The position numbers and the translations under genes are program-made. Below the pieces are notes generated by a model. The model was given only the letters and a program-made list of their open reading frames with translations, made no database searches and was not told the origin of the DNA. A stretch of DNA of 64,000 nt from Methanomassiliicoccaceae archaeon (lineage in GTDB: Archaea; Thermoplasmatota; Thermoplasmata; Methanomassiliicoccales; Methanomassiliicoccaceae): NCBI GenBank assembly GCA_963728405.1, contig CAVSJV010000013.1:1-64000 (forward strand). The letters run 5' to 3'. This document shows, piece by piece, positions 20,100 through 30,568 of the stretch (position 1 is its first letter; every line of letters starts with the position of its first letter).

Positions 20100-21238
20100 A
20101 GATAGAACGAGGCCCGGGCGCAGCCATCGATCTTCCGGGACAGGAAGAACGGGTGCATGCAGTGCATTCCCGAGCGGATCTGCACCTTGGCCATCTCGTC
20201 GATGATCATGGCCACGTCGTGGGAGGCCATGCCCCTGATGTTGAACGGTAGGAGACCTTCTCGTTGCCGGGGGTCTTGGGGCTCCAGGATCGATATCGAG
20301 GGCAGATCCTTCAGTCCATCGGTGGCAATGGTGTTGAGGCGGACCTCATGGGCAGAGACCTCCTCCATTCCGATCTTCTTGAGGTAGTCGACCGCCGCCC
20401 CCGTACCGATCACGCCGGAGTAGTTCAACAGGCCACCCTCGAACTTTTCTGGTGGCGGAAGGAATTGTACCTTATCGTAATCGGTCACTCCCACGCTCCC
20501 TCCTCCACCGATGAGCGGTTGCAGCCGCTCAAGCACGTCCCTCTTGGCATAGAGCACTCCAACGCCGGATGGCCCCAGCATCTTGTGGGCCGAGAAAGTG
20601 AACATGTCGACATCAAGCTCCTCCACGTCGATGGGCTGGTGAGGGGCCGACTGCGCTCCGTCGAGCATGATCAATGCTTTGCGATCGTGGGCCGCCCTGA
20701 CCACCTCCCGCGCTGGGATGGTCGTGCCCGTGACATTGTTGGTATGAACCATGGAGACCATCTTGACCCCTGGGGTGAGGGCGCCCTCGTACGATTCAAG
20801 ATCGAAAATGCCGGATGAAGGTGTTCTCACATAACGGTGCTTGATGCCGACGGTAGCGGCGAGCTGGAGCCAGGGGACGTGGTTGCTGTTGTGCTCCATG
20901 TCCGTGGTGAGCACGGTATCGCCCTTCTGGAAAGGGAAGCCTTTGGCCACCAGGTTCAAGGCCTCGGTGCAGTTCTTCGTGAAAATGATGCATGATGGGT
21001 CGGAGCAACCGATGAAGGCGGCCACCTTCTCCCGGGCCTCCTCGACCTTTATGGAGACCTTGGTGGCAAGGCGGTGGACGGACCTTCCACCGCAGGCCGG
21101 GTATTCGAGGTAATATTCGTTGATAGCTTCGATCACTTGCTTGGGACGGAGCGACTGGCATGCGTTGTCCAGATAGATCAGGTCCCTATCCTCCGAACAG
21201 TACAGAGGAAAGTCCAGGCGCAGGCGCTCGACGTCCAT
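20027..21238 (-). CDS. sufS: Cysteine desulfurase, SufS/class II-like
   Basis: YLDNA, MEHNSN, DGAQ, SAHKMLGP, RSGMHC. Confidence 0.85.
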   Translation of the reverse strand: MDVERLRLDFPLYCSEDRDLIYLDNACQSLRPKQVIEAINEYYLEYPACGGRSVHRLATKVSIKVEEAREKVAAFIGCSDPSCIIFTKNCTEALNLVAKGFPFQKGDTVLTTDMEHNSNHVPWLQLAATVGIKHRYVRTPSSGIFDLESYEGALTPGVKMVSMVHTNNVTGTTIPAREVVRAAHDRKALIMLDGAQSAPHQPIDVEELDVDMFTFSAHKMLGPSGVGVLYAKRDVLERLQPLIGGGGSVGVTDYDKVQFLPPPEKFEGGLLNYSGVIGTGAAVDYLKKIGMEEVSAHEVRLNTIATDGLKDLPSISILEPQDPRQREGLLPFNIRGMASHDVAMIIDEMAKVQIRSGMHCMHPFFLSRKIDGCARASFYLYNTEEECRRFVEGVKLVTSTFSS

Positions 21239-21418
21239 GGAAACATCCTCGGATTCAGATTTCTGCTATTTCAGGCTATGTAGCGAGGTTGCGGTGGAGT
21301 GGATATTATATTAGCTATCATCTCCCTGATTCTTTAGACATGATGGCCTTTAAGAGTGTAGTAACTATTGTTAATTATATATCATATATCGATGCCATCA
21401 GCAGTAACGGGTGAGTAG

Positions 21419-22609
21419 ATGGAACAGGCCTATTTCGACAACAGCGCCACCACGATGGTGGACCCCCGGGTCGTTGAAGCGATGCTGCCGTACTTCACTG
21501 AGAAGTACGGGAACGCCTCCTCGCTGCACTCTTTTGGGCGAGATGCGTACAATGCGATGGAGATGGCTAGAGGTCAGGCGGCCAAGGCCATCGGGTCGGC
21601 GGCCCGGGACATCATCTTCACCTCCGGCGGCACCGAGTCCGATAACTTGGCCTTGCAAGGAGCGGCGTACGCAGCTATGGGCAAGGGGAAGCATATCATC
21701 ACCTCGGCGGTCGAGCACCACGCGGTCGTTCACGCCTGCCAATTCCTGGAGAGCCAGGGCTTCAAGGTGACTTACCTTCCGGTCGATGCCGAGGGTTTGG
21801 TCTCCATCGAGGACCTGAAGATGGCGATGACCAAGGAGACCATCCTTGTCTCCATTATGGTCGCCAACAATGAGATCGGGGCGATCCAACCGATCAGGGA
21901 GCTCGCGGAGATCGCCAAGGGGGGCGGGGCGCTCTTCCATACCGATGCGGTGCAAGCAGTTACTAAGATGCCTCTAGATGTAGAAAAACTGAAGATCGAT
22001 CTTCTGTCGTTATCGGCGCACAAGTTCCACGGCCCCAAGGGTGTGGGGGCGATGTATATCCGGAAAGGAGTGACGGTTCGCCCCCTCGTCTATGGTGGCG
22101 GCCATGAGCGGGGGTTACGCTCATCGACCGAGAACATACCTGGTATCGTTGGGCTTGGAAAGGCTGCCGAGCTGGGCATGATGGAGATGGATGATAGCGT
22201 GGCCAAGATGACCAAGATCCGCGACCACCTTATCGAAGGCACCCTGGCCACAGTGCCCCGCTCGTACCTCAACGGTCCACGGGGCCAAAATCGGTTGTGC
22301 AACAATGCGCACTTCCGTTTCGACTTCATTGAGGGAGAAGGTCTGATCCTCCACCTGGACATGAAGGGAGTGGCCGGCTCTACCGGCTCGGCCTGTTCGA
22401 CCAAAAGTCTCGAACCGTCGCATGTGCTAAGGAGCCTCGGACTGCGGCATGAACAGTGCCACGGCTCTTTGAGATTATCGCTCAGCAAGTTCAATACCAT
22501 GGAGGAGGCGGACCATTTCTTGACGGTGCTGCCGCCGATAGTGCAGAACCTGAGGAAGATGTCCCCGTTAGCTGAAGGAGTGAGCTACAATGTTCAGACA
22601 GTCCATTAA
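21419..22609 (+). CDS. iscS: Cysteine desulfurase, IscS/NifS class I
   Basis: YFDNSATT, FTSGGTES, SAHKFHGPKG, STGSACS. Confidence 0.95.
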   Translation: MEQAYFDNSATTMVDPRVVEAMLPYFTEKYGNASSLHSFGRDAYNAMEMARGQAAKAIGSAARDIIFTSGGTESDNLALQGAAYAAMGKGKHIITSAVEHHAVVHACQFLESQGFKVTYLPVDAEGLVSIEDLKMAMTKETILVSIMVANNEIGAIQPIRELAEIAKGGGALFHTDAVQAVTKMPLDVEKLKIDLLSLSAHKFHGPKGVGAMYIRKGVTVRPLVYGGGHERGLRSSTENIPGIVGLGKAAELGMMEMDDSVAKMTKIRDHLIEGTLATVPRSYLNGPRGQNRLCNNAHFRFDFIEGEGLILHLDMKGVAGSTGSACSTKSLEPSHVLRSLGLRHEQCHGSLRLSLSKFNTMEEADHFLTVLPPIVQNLRKMSPLAEGVSYNVQTVH

Positions 22610-22656
22610 TAATGGGTGTGCTGAGCCATGGCCGGGACTGTTCCGGCCCACACATA

Positions 22657-22700
22657 GCAACAAATCGTTGACAATTAGTGGCAACTATTATTTGTTGCCA
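22657..22700. promoter_or_regulatory. Palindromic operator-like sites upstream of iscU
   Basis: TGGCAAC-N8-GTTGCCA at 22679-22700; GCAACAAAT (22657-22665) is the reverse complement of ATTTGTTGC (22690-22698). Confidence 0.4.
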
Positions 22701-22741
22701 AATCCGTCTAACAAAATATCTCCTCGAGGTGGACCTGAACT

Positions 22742-24365
22742 ATGACTCCAGCTTATTCAGAAAAGGTGATGGAGCATTTCACCAACCCGCATAATGTCGG
22801 TGAGATACAGAACGCCGATGGGATGGGGCAGGTCGGCAATCCTGTGTGCCTGGTCAGTGGCACCCTGGTACAGCTTAACAATCACTACCTTGAGATCGAG
22901 GATGTCCAAGAGAAGGAAAAGGTTCTGACCCACGAAGGTGTGTATTCGACTATCGAACGGAGGTCAGTCCGTGACTATGAGGGCCCAATATATGTTCTGA
23001 AGAACAAACTTGGATTGGTGGAGACAACCCCAGAACATCTTGTTTTAGCCATTAAGAAACCAAAACAGTTCAAATATAATTATACGGTTAATAAGAAAAA
23101 ACTCAATCCTGAATGGTATCATGTAAGTGAGCTTGAGCGAAGGGACATTGCTCTGTATCCAATATTAAAAGTCATAATCGATCAGGATGAGCATTGTCTA
23201 AATATTGGTCATGATAAAAAGGATCGTTGTAGATACCATTTACCAGAAAAAGTACCTGTTGATTCGGATCTCCTTTTACTCGCTGGATATTATCTCTCAG
23301 AAGGTCATGCGACAACGAGTGGAACGCATGCTCACGTCGGTTTTTCATTCCATATTGAGGAAGAGGAATTTCAAAATGATGTTATTCGTATTGTAGAAGA
23401 AAAATTTGGTCTTAAATCTTCCCTAAGATTGAAAGAGGACTACAATGTAGCATGCGTATTGGTACATAGTGCGAACCTAGCAAGGGAGTTGGGACAAACC
23501 TTTGGTAAGGGTGCCACTAATAAACACATCCCAGATTTCATGCTATTTCTTCCTCCAGAAAAACAGTCACACTTGTTACGAGGACTCTGGAGAGGAGATG
23601 GCTTTATCGATTTAAAAAGAACACGTCCAAGAGCTGGCTACTCGACAACATCGAAGCAACTTGCCGGACAGATAAAGACACTCCTGTTACGGCAAGGAAT
23701 AATCCCCTCTCTTTATCGCGAGCCCGGCTCGATGACTGAGACTATCACTCATCAGGAGAACTACAGAATTCATGTGGGCGACCTAGCATCGCTGCAAAAA
23801 TTGTGTAAAATAATGGGCGTTGAGTATAAACCAGGGAGGGCTCCCAAGGAGCACTCATGGATAAAAGATGGTTTCCTCTATACTCCAATCACCAGCATCG
23901 AGAAGCGGCTGTTCCAGGGCACTGTACACAATTTTGAAGTGTCTGACCAGCACTCCTACGCCACGGACTCCTTTACCGTTCATAATTGTGGCGATATGAT
24001 GTACATCTACATCTCGGTCAAAGATGACATCATGACCGACAGTCAAGTTCAAGACGTTCGGTTGCGGGGCGGCCATCGCAACTAGCAGCATGGTCACTGA
24101 TCTGGCCCGCGGGAAAACCCTCGAGGAGGGATTAAAGATCACTAGAAAGGACGTCGCTGAGAGCCTGGGGGGGCTTCCACCGCAGAAGATGCACTGCTCG
24201 AACCTGGCCGCCGATGCCCTGCACGAGGCGATCCACGACTATCTGCGCAAACAGGGGCGGGAACCTCCCCTTCCTCATGGGACCAAGAAGCCGCATGAAG
24301 AGGACGCCTGCGAGGTCGATGAGGACTCGCCTATCCAGGTCCAGAGCGAGGTCCCCAAGGGGTGA
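22742..24365 (+). CDS. iscU: Fe-S scaffold IscU/NifU containing an intein (extra base near 24041)
   Basis: YSEKVMEHFTNPHNVG..GNPV[intein]CGD..KFKTFGCGAAIATSSM..KMHCSNLA. Confidence 0.93.
22847..23986 (+). mobile_element. 380-aa intein with LAGLIDADG homing endonuclease
   Basis: Begins CLVSGT; TPEH block B; LAGYYLSEG and LRGLWRGDG motifs; ends FTVHN followed by Cys; AT-rich. Confidence 0.95.
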
Positions 24366-24421
24366 ACACCTTCCGTCCCTTTTCTTGATCCACGGAGCGC
24401 GAACGTACGTCACAAGCATTA

Positions 24422-27223
24422 TCATCGATGGTGGTCGGAGGGAACTTGCTCCTCCCTTCTCTGTCGAGAGGCGCGCCTATTCCGGATAACGGCTTTAAGC
24501 GCCTCATCGGTTAGCAGGACCGCCCCAGCGAGTAGGATGAGGGCGAACCACTGCGTTCCGTCGAGAGGGGCTGTACCAAAGATCGATTGCAAGGGGTCTA
24601 GGTAAACGATCGCCAGTAGGGTCGCGATCATCCAGACGAGGCTGACCCCAATCCACTTGTTGGTCCATTTCATTCTCAGAATGGATTGGTCCAACATCCT
24701 TGAGCCCAGCAGATTGGCCATTTGGGCGACGACGATCCCCGCAAAGACCATGGTGGTACCCTGCCGATACACCTGGCTGTCCGATGGGAGTTGCATCCCC
24801 AGTTGCCATCCGCCATTCGACCATACGAATATGCAGCCTATCAAGGCCCCCGTGGCGATGACCAGGCCTATGATGACCGATCGTACCAGGAAGTCGGTGT
24901 TGAACAAGCGCTCGCTCTTACTGCGTGGAGGCTTATCCATCACCCCCGGCTCGGGCGGCTCCCTGCTCAACGCCAGCGAGGGTGGTACATCGATGACGAG
25001 GTCGATGGCCAGGATCTGCACCGCCAGCAATGGGAGCGGAATGGCCAGGAGCCCATAGAGCAGATAGGGCATGAGCTCGGCCCAGTTGTGAGAGAACACA
25101 TAGACGATGAATTTCCGGATGTTATCATAGACCCCTCTACCTAGCTCCACTGATCGAACGATGGAGGCGAAGCTATCGTCAAGTAGGATCATGTCCGCCG
25201 CCTCTCGGGCCACGTCAGTGCCGGAAGCGCCCATGGCCACGCCGATGTCCGCTTCCCGCAGGGACGGAGCATCATTGGCCCCGTCGCCCGTGACCGCCAC
25301 GACCTCCTTCCTGGCCTTGAGCGCTTTCACGATACGCATCTTCTGTGGGGGGGTGACCCGGGCGAAGATCAAGTGGGGATCGTCGAGGGCTTTTGATAAG
25401 GCATCATCGTCCATCTTCTCTAGCTCGTCCCCGCCGATGGTCCTGTAATCGTCCCCTTGGACCATCCCGACCTCCTTGGCGATGGCCGCTGCGGTCAGGC
25501 CATAGTCCCCGGTGACGATGATCGTCCTTATCCCAGCCCGGCAAGCCAGCCTGACCGATTCCTTGACCTCGGTGCGCGGAGGGTCCTTTAGACCGGCAAG
25601 ACCCAGCAGGGTCAATTCTCTTTCCGAGCACTCCTTTTCCGTAGTGGGGTCGGGGACCCGCCTGTACGCGATCGCCATGATCCGGAGGCCTCGGTTAGAG
25701 AGATCGTCCCCCCTAGCGACTGTCTCCCTCCTCCTTCGTTCATCCAACGGCTCGATCTTCCCATCGATCTTCAAGCCGGTGCACAGCGGCAGTACTGATT
25801 CGATGGACCCTTTCACGCCGATCAACGTCCCCGATCCGACCCGATGAAAGGTCACCATCCGCCTTCTGGTCGAATCGAAAGGTATCATGCCTGACCGAGG
25901 TTTTGCATTCTTTATCGAGTCCAGGTCCAGCCCGAACTTCACGGCAGCCACTAGGAGAGAGCCCTCGGTGGGGTCCCCTAATACTCCCCAGCCCTTTAAA
26001 TCGCCCTCGGGGGGCACCAGCTTTGCATTGTTGCAGAGCACCCCGATCTCGAGCAGGGATGGCAGATCGGGAACATCGGAGGCGTTCAGATCCTTACCTT
26101 CGATGGTCCCCCTTCCCTCCGGGACAAAGCCGATGCCGGAAACATCAATGGCCGTATCGTCGACCCATATCTCACTAACGGTCATCTCTCCCTTTGTGAT
26201 GGTCCCGGTCTTATCGGTGCAGATGACGGTCACGCTCCCCAGGGTCTGCACCGCGGACAACTTCTTCACCAGGACATTCTTCTTGGCCATTTCCAGCAAG
26301 CTCACCGCCAGAGCGGTGGATATGGTTAGCTGGAGGCCCTCCGGGACGCACGCCACCATGACGCCGATCATGAGCAGCACACTGCTCGGCAGGTCCAGAT
26401 GGAGGAAGGCGGCACCGACAGCGAAGAAAGAGAGCCCCACCGCCACAGCGATGATGAAGTCATATTTGGCCGCCCGGTCGATCTCCTTCTGGAGCGGGCT
26501 GGGACCGGGTTTGGCCTTACTCGTAAGATCGGCGATCTCACCGAAGCGTGTGTCCATCCCGGTCGCGTACACGACAGCATTGCACTCGCCCGCTGCTACG
26601 CCGGTCCCCATGTAGATCAGGTTCGGAGATTCCAGGGGTGAAGCCCCTCTGGATAAGGGAGAGGGATCCCTGGGCTGGGGAACGGACTCGCCCGTTAGTG
26701 GAACATTGTTCGTCCACAGACCGAACGCTTCTACCAACCGGGCATCGGCCGGAACACGGTCCCCCTCCTCGAGCTGAAGGAGGTCGCCCGGGACGATCTC
26801 TTCCACCGGGACCTGCTGGAGCACTCCTCCCCGAATGACCTTGGTGGACCCCGGGACCCACCTTTGAAGGGTCTCCATGGCCTTACCGGCGCGCCATTCC
26901 TGGAATATGCTCAGGAAGATGTTCAGCAAAACGATGATGAAGATCACGGCGGCGAGCTCGGAGATGCCACTGTAGAGCGCCAGGAGGCCAGCGAAGATCA
27001 GGAGGACGGTAAAAGGGTCCTTCAGGGTGTGCCACGTTCGGGCCGGGAGGGTGAAATGCTGCTCCTTTCCGATCTTGTTACGGCCAAAAACCTGCAACCT
27101 TCTTCGGGCCTCATCATCGCTCAATCCTATTTTGGTGGTGGAGAGAAGATCATAGACCTTATCGGGGGGCGAACGGACAAGTTCATCGTGGTTGACCGAT
27201 GGTGGCAGGTCCATTTCCCTCAT
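24422..27223 (-). CDS. Cation-transporting P2-type ATPase
   Basis: TGES, PEGL, DKTGT, TGD, GDGANDAP. Confidence 0.95.
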   Translation of the reverse strand: MREMDLPPSVNHDELVRSPPDKVYDLLSTTKIGLSDDEARRRLQVFGRNKIGKEQHFTLPARTWHTLKDPFTVLLIFAGLLALYSGISELAAVIFIIVLLNIFLSIFQEWRAGKAMETLQRWVPGSTKVIRGGVLQQVPVEEIVPGDLLQLEEGDRVPADARLVEAFGLWTNNVPLTGESVPQPRDPSPLSRGASPLESPNLIYMGTGVAAGECNAVVYATGMDTRFGEIADLTSKAKPGPSPLQKEIDRAAKYDFIIAVAVGLSFFAVGAAFLHLDLPSSVLLMIGVMVACVPEGLQLTISTALAVSLLEMAKKNVLVKKLSAVQTLGSVTVICTDKTGTITKGEMTVSEIWVDDTAIDVSGIGFVPEGRGTIEGKDLNASDVPDLPSLLEIGVLCNNAKLVPPEGDLKGWGVLGDPTEGSLLVAAVKFGLDLDSIKNAKPRSGMIPFDSTRRRMVTFHRVGSGTLIGVKGSIESVLPLCTGLKIDGKIEPLDERRRRETVARGDDLSNRGLRIMAIAYRRVPDPTTEKECSERELTLLGLAGLKDPPRTEVKESVRLACRAGIRTIIVTGDYGLTAAAIAKEVGMVQGDDYRTIGGDELEKMDDDALSKALDDPHLIFARVTPPQKMRIVKALKARKEVVAVTGDGANDAPSLREADIGVAMGASGTDVAREAADMILLDDSFASIVRSVELGRGVYDNIRKFIVYVFSHNWAELMPYLLYGLLAIPLPLLAVQILAIDLVIDVPPSLALSREPPEPGVMDKPPRSKSERLFNTDFLVRSVIIGLVIATGALIGCIFVWSNGGWQLGMQLPSDSQVYRQGTTMVFAGIVVAQMANLLGSRMLDQSILRMKWTNKWIGVSLVWMIATLLAIVYLDPLQSIFGTAPLDGTQWFALILLAGAVLLTDEALKAVIRNRRASRQRREEQVPSDHHR

Positions 27224-27376
27224 GGCACTTCAATACGATGCCCTTGCCAATTATGCTTTCTCGTTGTCAATAATGCTACTCGCCCACAAGATGTCCTCGT
27301 ATCCAGTATGGCTCATGGATGGTAAATCGGCTCCCCTAAACCTTATCTTCTTGTGACATAATCGCGAACTGATAAG

Positions 27377-28288
27377 ATGACGTCCCTCAGGGTGAGCTTC
27401 GCTGGTCTGACCATGCCCAATCCGACAATGCTCGCCTCAGGCATCATGGGTGAGACGGGAGGATCGCTGCTCCGGGTCGCGGAGTCGGGCGCGGGGGCGC
27501 TGGTCACCAAATCCATCGGCCTGGAGCCTCGGAAGGGTTATCCGAATCCCACACTGGTCGAGCTGTCGGATGGTTATATCAACGCCATGGGCCTGCCTGG
27601 ACCAGGCATCGATGCGTTCGGTGAGGAGATGGAGATCGCCCTGAGAGGGAATGTACCGGTCATCGGCAGCCTGTTCGCTGCCATGCCTGACGATTTCGCT
27701 ACGCTGGCTGCCCGGATGGAAGGCTACGGGGCGGCTGCCATCGAGCTCAACCTCAGCTGTCCTCACGCCAAGGGCTACGGCATGGAGGTGGGAGTGGACC
27801 CCGAGGCGGTCGGGTCGATCATTCGGCAGGTCAAGGCGAAGGTACGTATACCGGTGCTGGCAAAGCTCACCCCCAACACCCACCGCCTGGTGGACGTCGC
27901 CAAAGCGGTGGAAGCGGCGGGGGGCGATGGCATCGTGGCTATCAACACCGTCAAGGCCATGGCCATCTCGGTAGAGGCGCGCCGGCCGATCCTTTACAAT
28001 CGCACCGGGGGAATGTCTGGCCCAGCCATCAAGGGTGTGGGACTTCGATGCGTTTACGAGCTTTATCAGGCGGTCAAGGTCCCCATCATCGGCGTCGGAG
28101 GTGTAGAGACCTCCCGGGACGCATTGGAGTACATCATGGCCGGCGCTTCGGCCGTCCAGATCGGTAGCGGAGTAGGGCGGAAGGGTCTGAGCGTCTTCCG
28201 CCAGGTCTGCGACGGACTGGAAGTGTACATGGATAAGAACGATATCGGGTGCATCGAGGAGATCAGGGGGGCCGCGCATGTTCAGTGA
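27377..28288 (+). CDS. pyrD: Dihydroorotate dehydrogenase B, catalytic subunit
   Basis: LASG, ELNLSCPH, KLTPN, INT, GGMSG, IIGVGG. Confidence 0.95.
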   Translation: MTSLRVSFAGLTMPNPTMLASGIMGETGGSLLRVAESGAGALVTKSIGLEPRKGYPNPTLVELSDGYINAMGLPGPGIDAFGEEMEIALRGNVPVIGSLFAAMPDDFATLAARMEGYGAAAIELNLSCPHAKGYGMEVGVDPEAVGSIIRQVKAKVRIPVLAKLTPNTHRLVDVAKAVEAAGGDGIVAINTVKAMAISVEARRPILYNRTGGMSGPAIKGVGLRCVYELYQAVKVPIIGVGGVETSRDALEYIMAGASAVQIGSGVGRKGLSVFRQVCDGLEVYMDKNDIGCIEEIRGAAHVQ

Positions 28289-29051
28289 GGTCGTGGAGGT
28301 CATGGAACGGGTCGAGGAAGGAAAGGGCATCACCACGCTGCGATTCCCCCTCAACACAAAGGTCCAGGCAGGGCAGTTCATCATGGTCTGGGTGCCCGGT
28401 GTGGATGAGGTCCCCATGTCCGTCTCCTATGTCGGGCGGAAGGCCGGCATCACTGTAAAGGAGGTAGGAGAAGCGACCCAGGCGCTCTCGGCTCTTACTC
28501 CGGGAAGCAAGATCGGAGTGCGAGGGCCGTACGGCCGGGGCTGGGACCTGCCAGCGGGACGGATACTGTGCGTTGGTGGAGGCGTCGGGATGGCCCCGAT
28601 CATATCTGCCGTGGAATCGATCAACGATCCTTCGAGGGTCGATGTGGCCATCGGTGCCCGGAATGCCGGAGAGATCATCTTCGAGAATAGGGCGAAGGCC
28701 TCATCGAACGATGTCCGGGTCACCACCGATGATGGCAGCTACTGTCTGAAAGGGACATGTGTCGCCTTGGCCGACCGGATGATGAAGGAAAAGAGGTACG
28801 ACCTGGTCCTGGGCTGCGGACCAGAGGTCATGAACCGGTATCTGCTAAAAGCCTGCCAGGAGAATAAGGTACCTTGCCAGCTCTCCCTCGAACGGTTGAT
28901 GAAGTGCGGTTCTGGACTGTGCGGCTCCTGCGTCATCGACGGCCAGCGGGTCTGTGTCGAGGGACCGGTGTTCTCGGGCGAAGAGATCGAGAAGATGTCC
29001 GAGTTCGGAAAGTGCAAGCGGGACGATGCCGGGCTAAGGGTCAAACTCTAG
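28278..29051 (+). CDS. pyrK: Dihydroorotate dehydrogenase electron transfer subunit
   Basis: RGPYG, GGGVGMAP, MKCGSGLCGSC..VC. Confidence 0.95.
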   Translation: MFSEVVEVMERVEEGKGITTLRFPLNTKVQAGQFIMVWVPGVDEVPMSVSYVGRKAGITVKEVGEATQALSALTPGSKIGVRGPYGRGWDLPAGRILCVGGGVGMAPIISAVESINDPSRVDVAIGARNAGEIIFENRAKASSNDVRVTTDDGSYCLKGTCVALADRMMKEKRYDLVLGCGPEVMNRYLLKACQENKVPCQLSLERLMKCGSGLCGSCVIDGQRVCVEGPVFSGEEIEKMSEFGKCKRDDAGLRVKL

Positions 29052-30204
29052 GGATGACCTGCCCGATGATGATATTGAACTCGGCGTTGCTCACCCGTCC
29101 TTTCTTCTCGCCGAGCTCCTTGATGCGCCTGCAGATCTCGGCGGCCTGCTGGTCGGTAGCCAGGACCCTCATCTCCTCCAGACGCCTCTTGACATAGTTG
29201 ACCCCGGTCTTCTTGCCCATGATGATGTGCCGTTCGTTCCCCACGGCCTCGGGCGGTATCGACTCGTAGGTCGAAGGGCAGTTCAGGATGGCAGCGACAT
29301 GTATGCCGGACTCATGGGCGAAGACGTTGGTACCGACCAATGGCTGGTTCCTCGGTTTGTGCAGGCCGGACGCATGGCATACGAAATCGGATAGTCCCTT
29401 CATCTTGGTGCAGTCTATGCCGATGTCCAGCCCATAGAGGTACTTCAACCCGGTCACGAACTGTTCGAGGGGTACGTTCCCGGCCCGTTCACCGATACCG
29501 TTCACGGTGGTGGTCACCGCGCTGGCCCCGGCCTTCACTCCGGCAAAAGCGTTGGCGGTGGCCAGGCCGAAATCGTTGTGCAGGTGTAGGGCCAATGGGA
29601 CCTTTACTTCCTTCCTCGTCCTGATGACCAGGTCGGTGATCGCTTCGGGAGTAGCGCAGCCCAGGGTATCCGTCACGCCCACCCGGACCGCCCCGTTGCT
29701 CTCCGCTTCCCGGTAGAACTGCATGAGGTAATCGATATCGGTCCTAGTGGTGTCTTCGGCGCTGACGGATGCCGGCACCCCTCTTGCCTGACAATAATCA
29801 AGGGCCTCCGCGGTCATCTGGAGGACCTCTTCCCTGGTCTTCTTCATCTTGTACTTGAGGTGAATGTCCGAGGTGCCCACGAACAGCAGGACCATGTCGA
29901 CGCCAGCATCCACGGCCGCATCGATGTCTCCTTTGGTGACCCTGGCAAGGGCGAGGATGTCTGCGTTCAGCCCGAGCGAGGAGATCTCTTTGATAGTCCT
30001 TACCTCGTTCTCAGATACGGCCGGGAAACCGGCTTCGATCTGATGGACCCGGGCGTCATCCAGCATCCGGGCGATGGCGACCTTCTGCTCCATCGAGAAC
30101 GCCACCCCGGGGGTCTGTTCTCCGTCGCGGAGGGTCGAATCATAGACGATGACCTGAGGCCCCTTGATGATGGGATTGTGAGGGCAGACCGCCACCTTGT
30201 CCAT
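29041..30204 (-). CDS. Homocitrate synthase-like (LeuA/AksA family)
   Basis: DSTLRDGEQ, HLHNDFG, GERAGN, FAHESGIH; no LeuA regulatory domain. Confidence 0.85.
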   Translation of the reverse strand: MDKVAVCPHNPIIKGPQVIVYDSTLRDGEQTPGVAFSMEQKVAIARMLDDARVHQIEAGFPAVSENEVRTIKEISSLGLNADILALARVTKGDIDAAVDAGVDMVLLFVGTSDIHLKYKMKKTREEVLQMTAEALDYCQARGVPASVSAEDTTRTDIDYLMQFYREAESNGAVRVGVTDTLGCATPEAITDLVIRTRKEVKVPLALHLHNDFGLATANAFAGVKAGASAVTTTVNGIGERAGNVPLEQFVTGLKYLYGLDIGIDCTKMKGLSDFVCHASGLHKPRNQPLVGTNVFAHESGIHVAAILNCPSTYESIPPEAVGNERHIIMGKKTGVNYVKRRLEEMRVLATDQQAAEICRRIKELGEKKGRVSNAEFNIIIGQVIPRV

Positions 30205-30351
30205 GGCAGGTTGTATTATGGGAGGAGATATAACAGTTTTTGATTTCCATCGGGAATGGGCGGGAGACCCCGTGATCTGCACAAGCCATATTTTTATTTA
30301 GATACACATTTTTTTAAATGCACACGCGGATACCTGCCCCGGAGAGCAAGG

Positions 30352-30552
30352 ATGAACTGCCCCAAATGCACCAAGGAGATGGAGCACGGGTACCTCCGAG
30401 CGGAGAGCTTCATCGGCGGTGTGAAGTGGATGCCTGAGAAGAGCAGCAAGACCCTGGGATTGGAAGGCCTGGCCAAGCCGGACGCATTGGGGTTCTGTTT
30501 CTTAGAAGGGTCCCGCTGTCGGGAATGCCATTACATAGTACTGCAATATTGA
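30352..30552 (+). CDS. Small Zn-ribbon protein (PF20097-like)
   Basis: MNCPKC..MEHGYL..RCRECH. Confidence 0.75.
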   Translation: MNCPKCTKEMEHGYLRAESFIGGVKWMPEKSSKTLGLEGLAKPDALGFCFLEGSRCRECHYIVLQY

Positions 30553-30568
30553 CGGTGACGAGGCGGCT

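Noticed and set aside
21205-21216. GAGGAAAGTCC, resembling the RNase P RNA signature
   Set aside because: It is the antisense of sufS codons (LDFPL) and the other RNase P elements are absent
27437-28417. Long antisense ORFs (also 10918-11862, 44201-44848, 55491-56510)
   Set aside because: Shadow frames of GC-rich genes with no recognisable motifs
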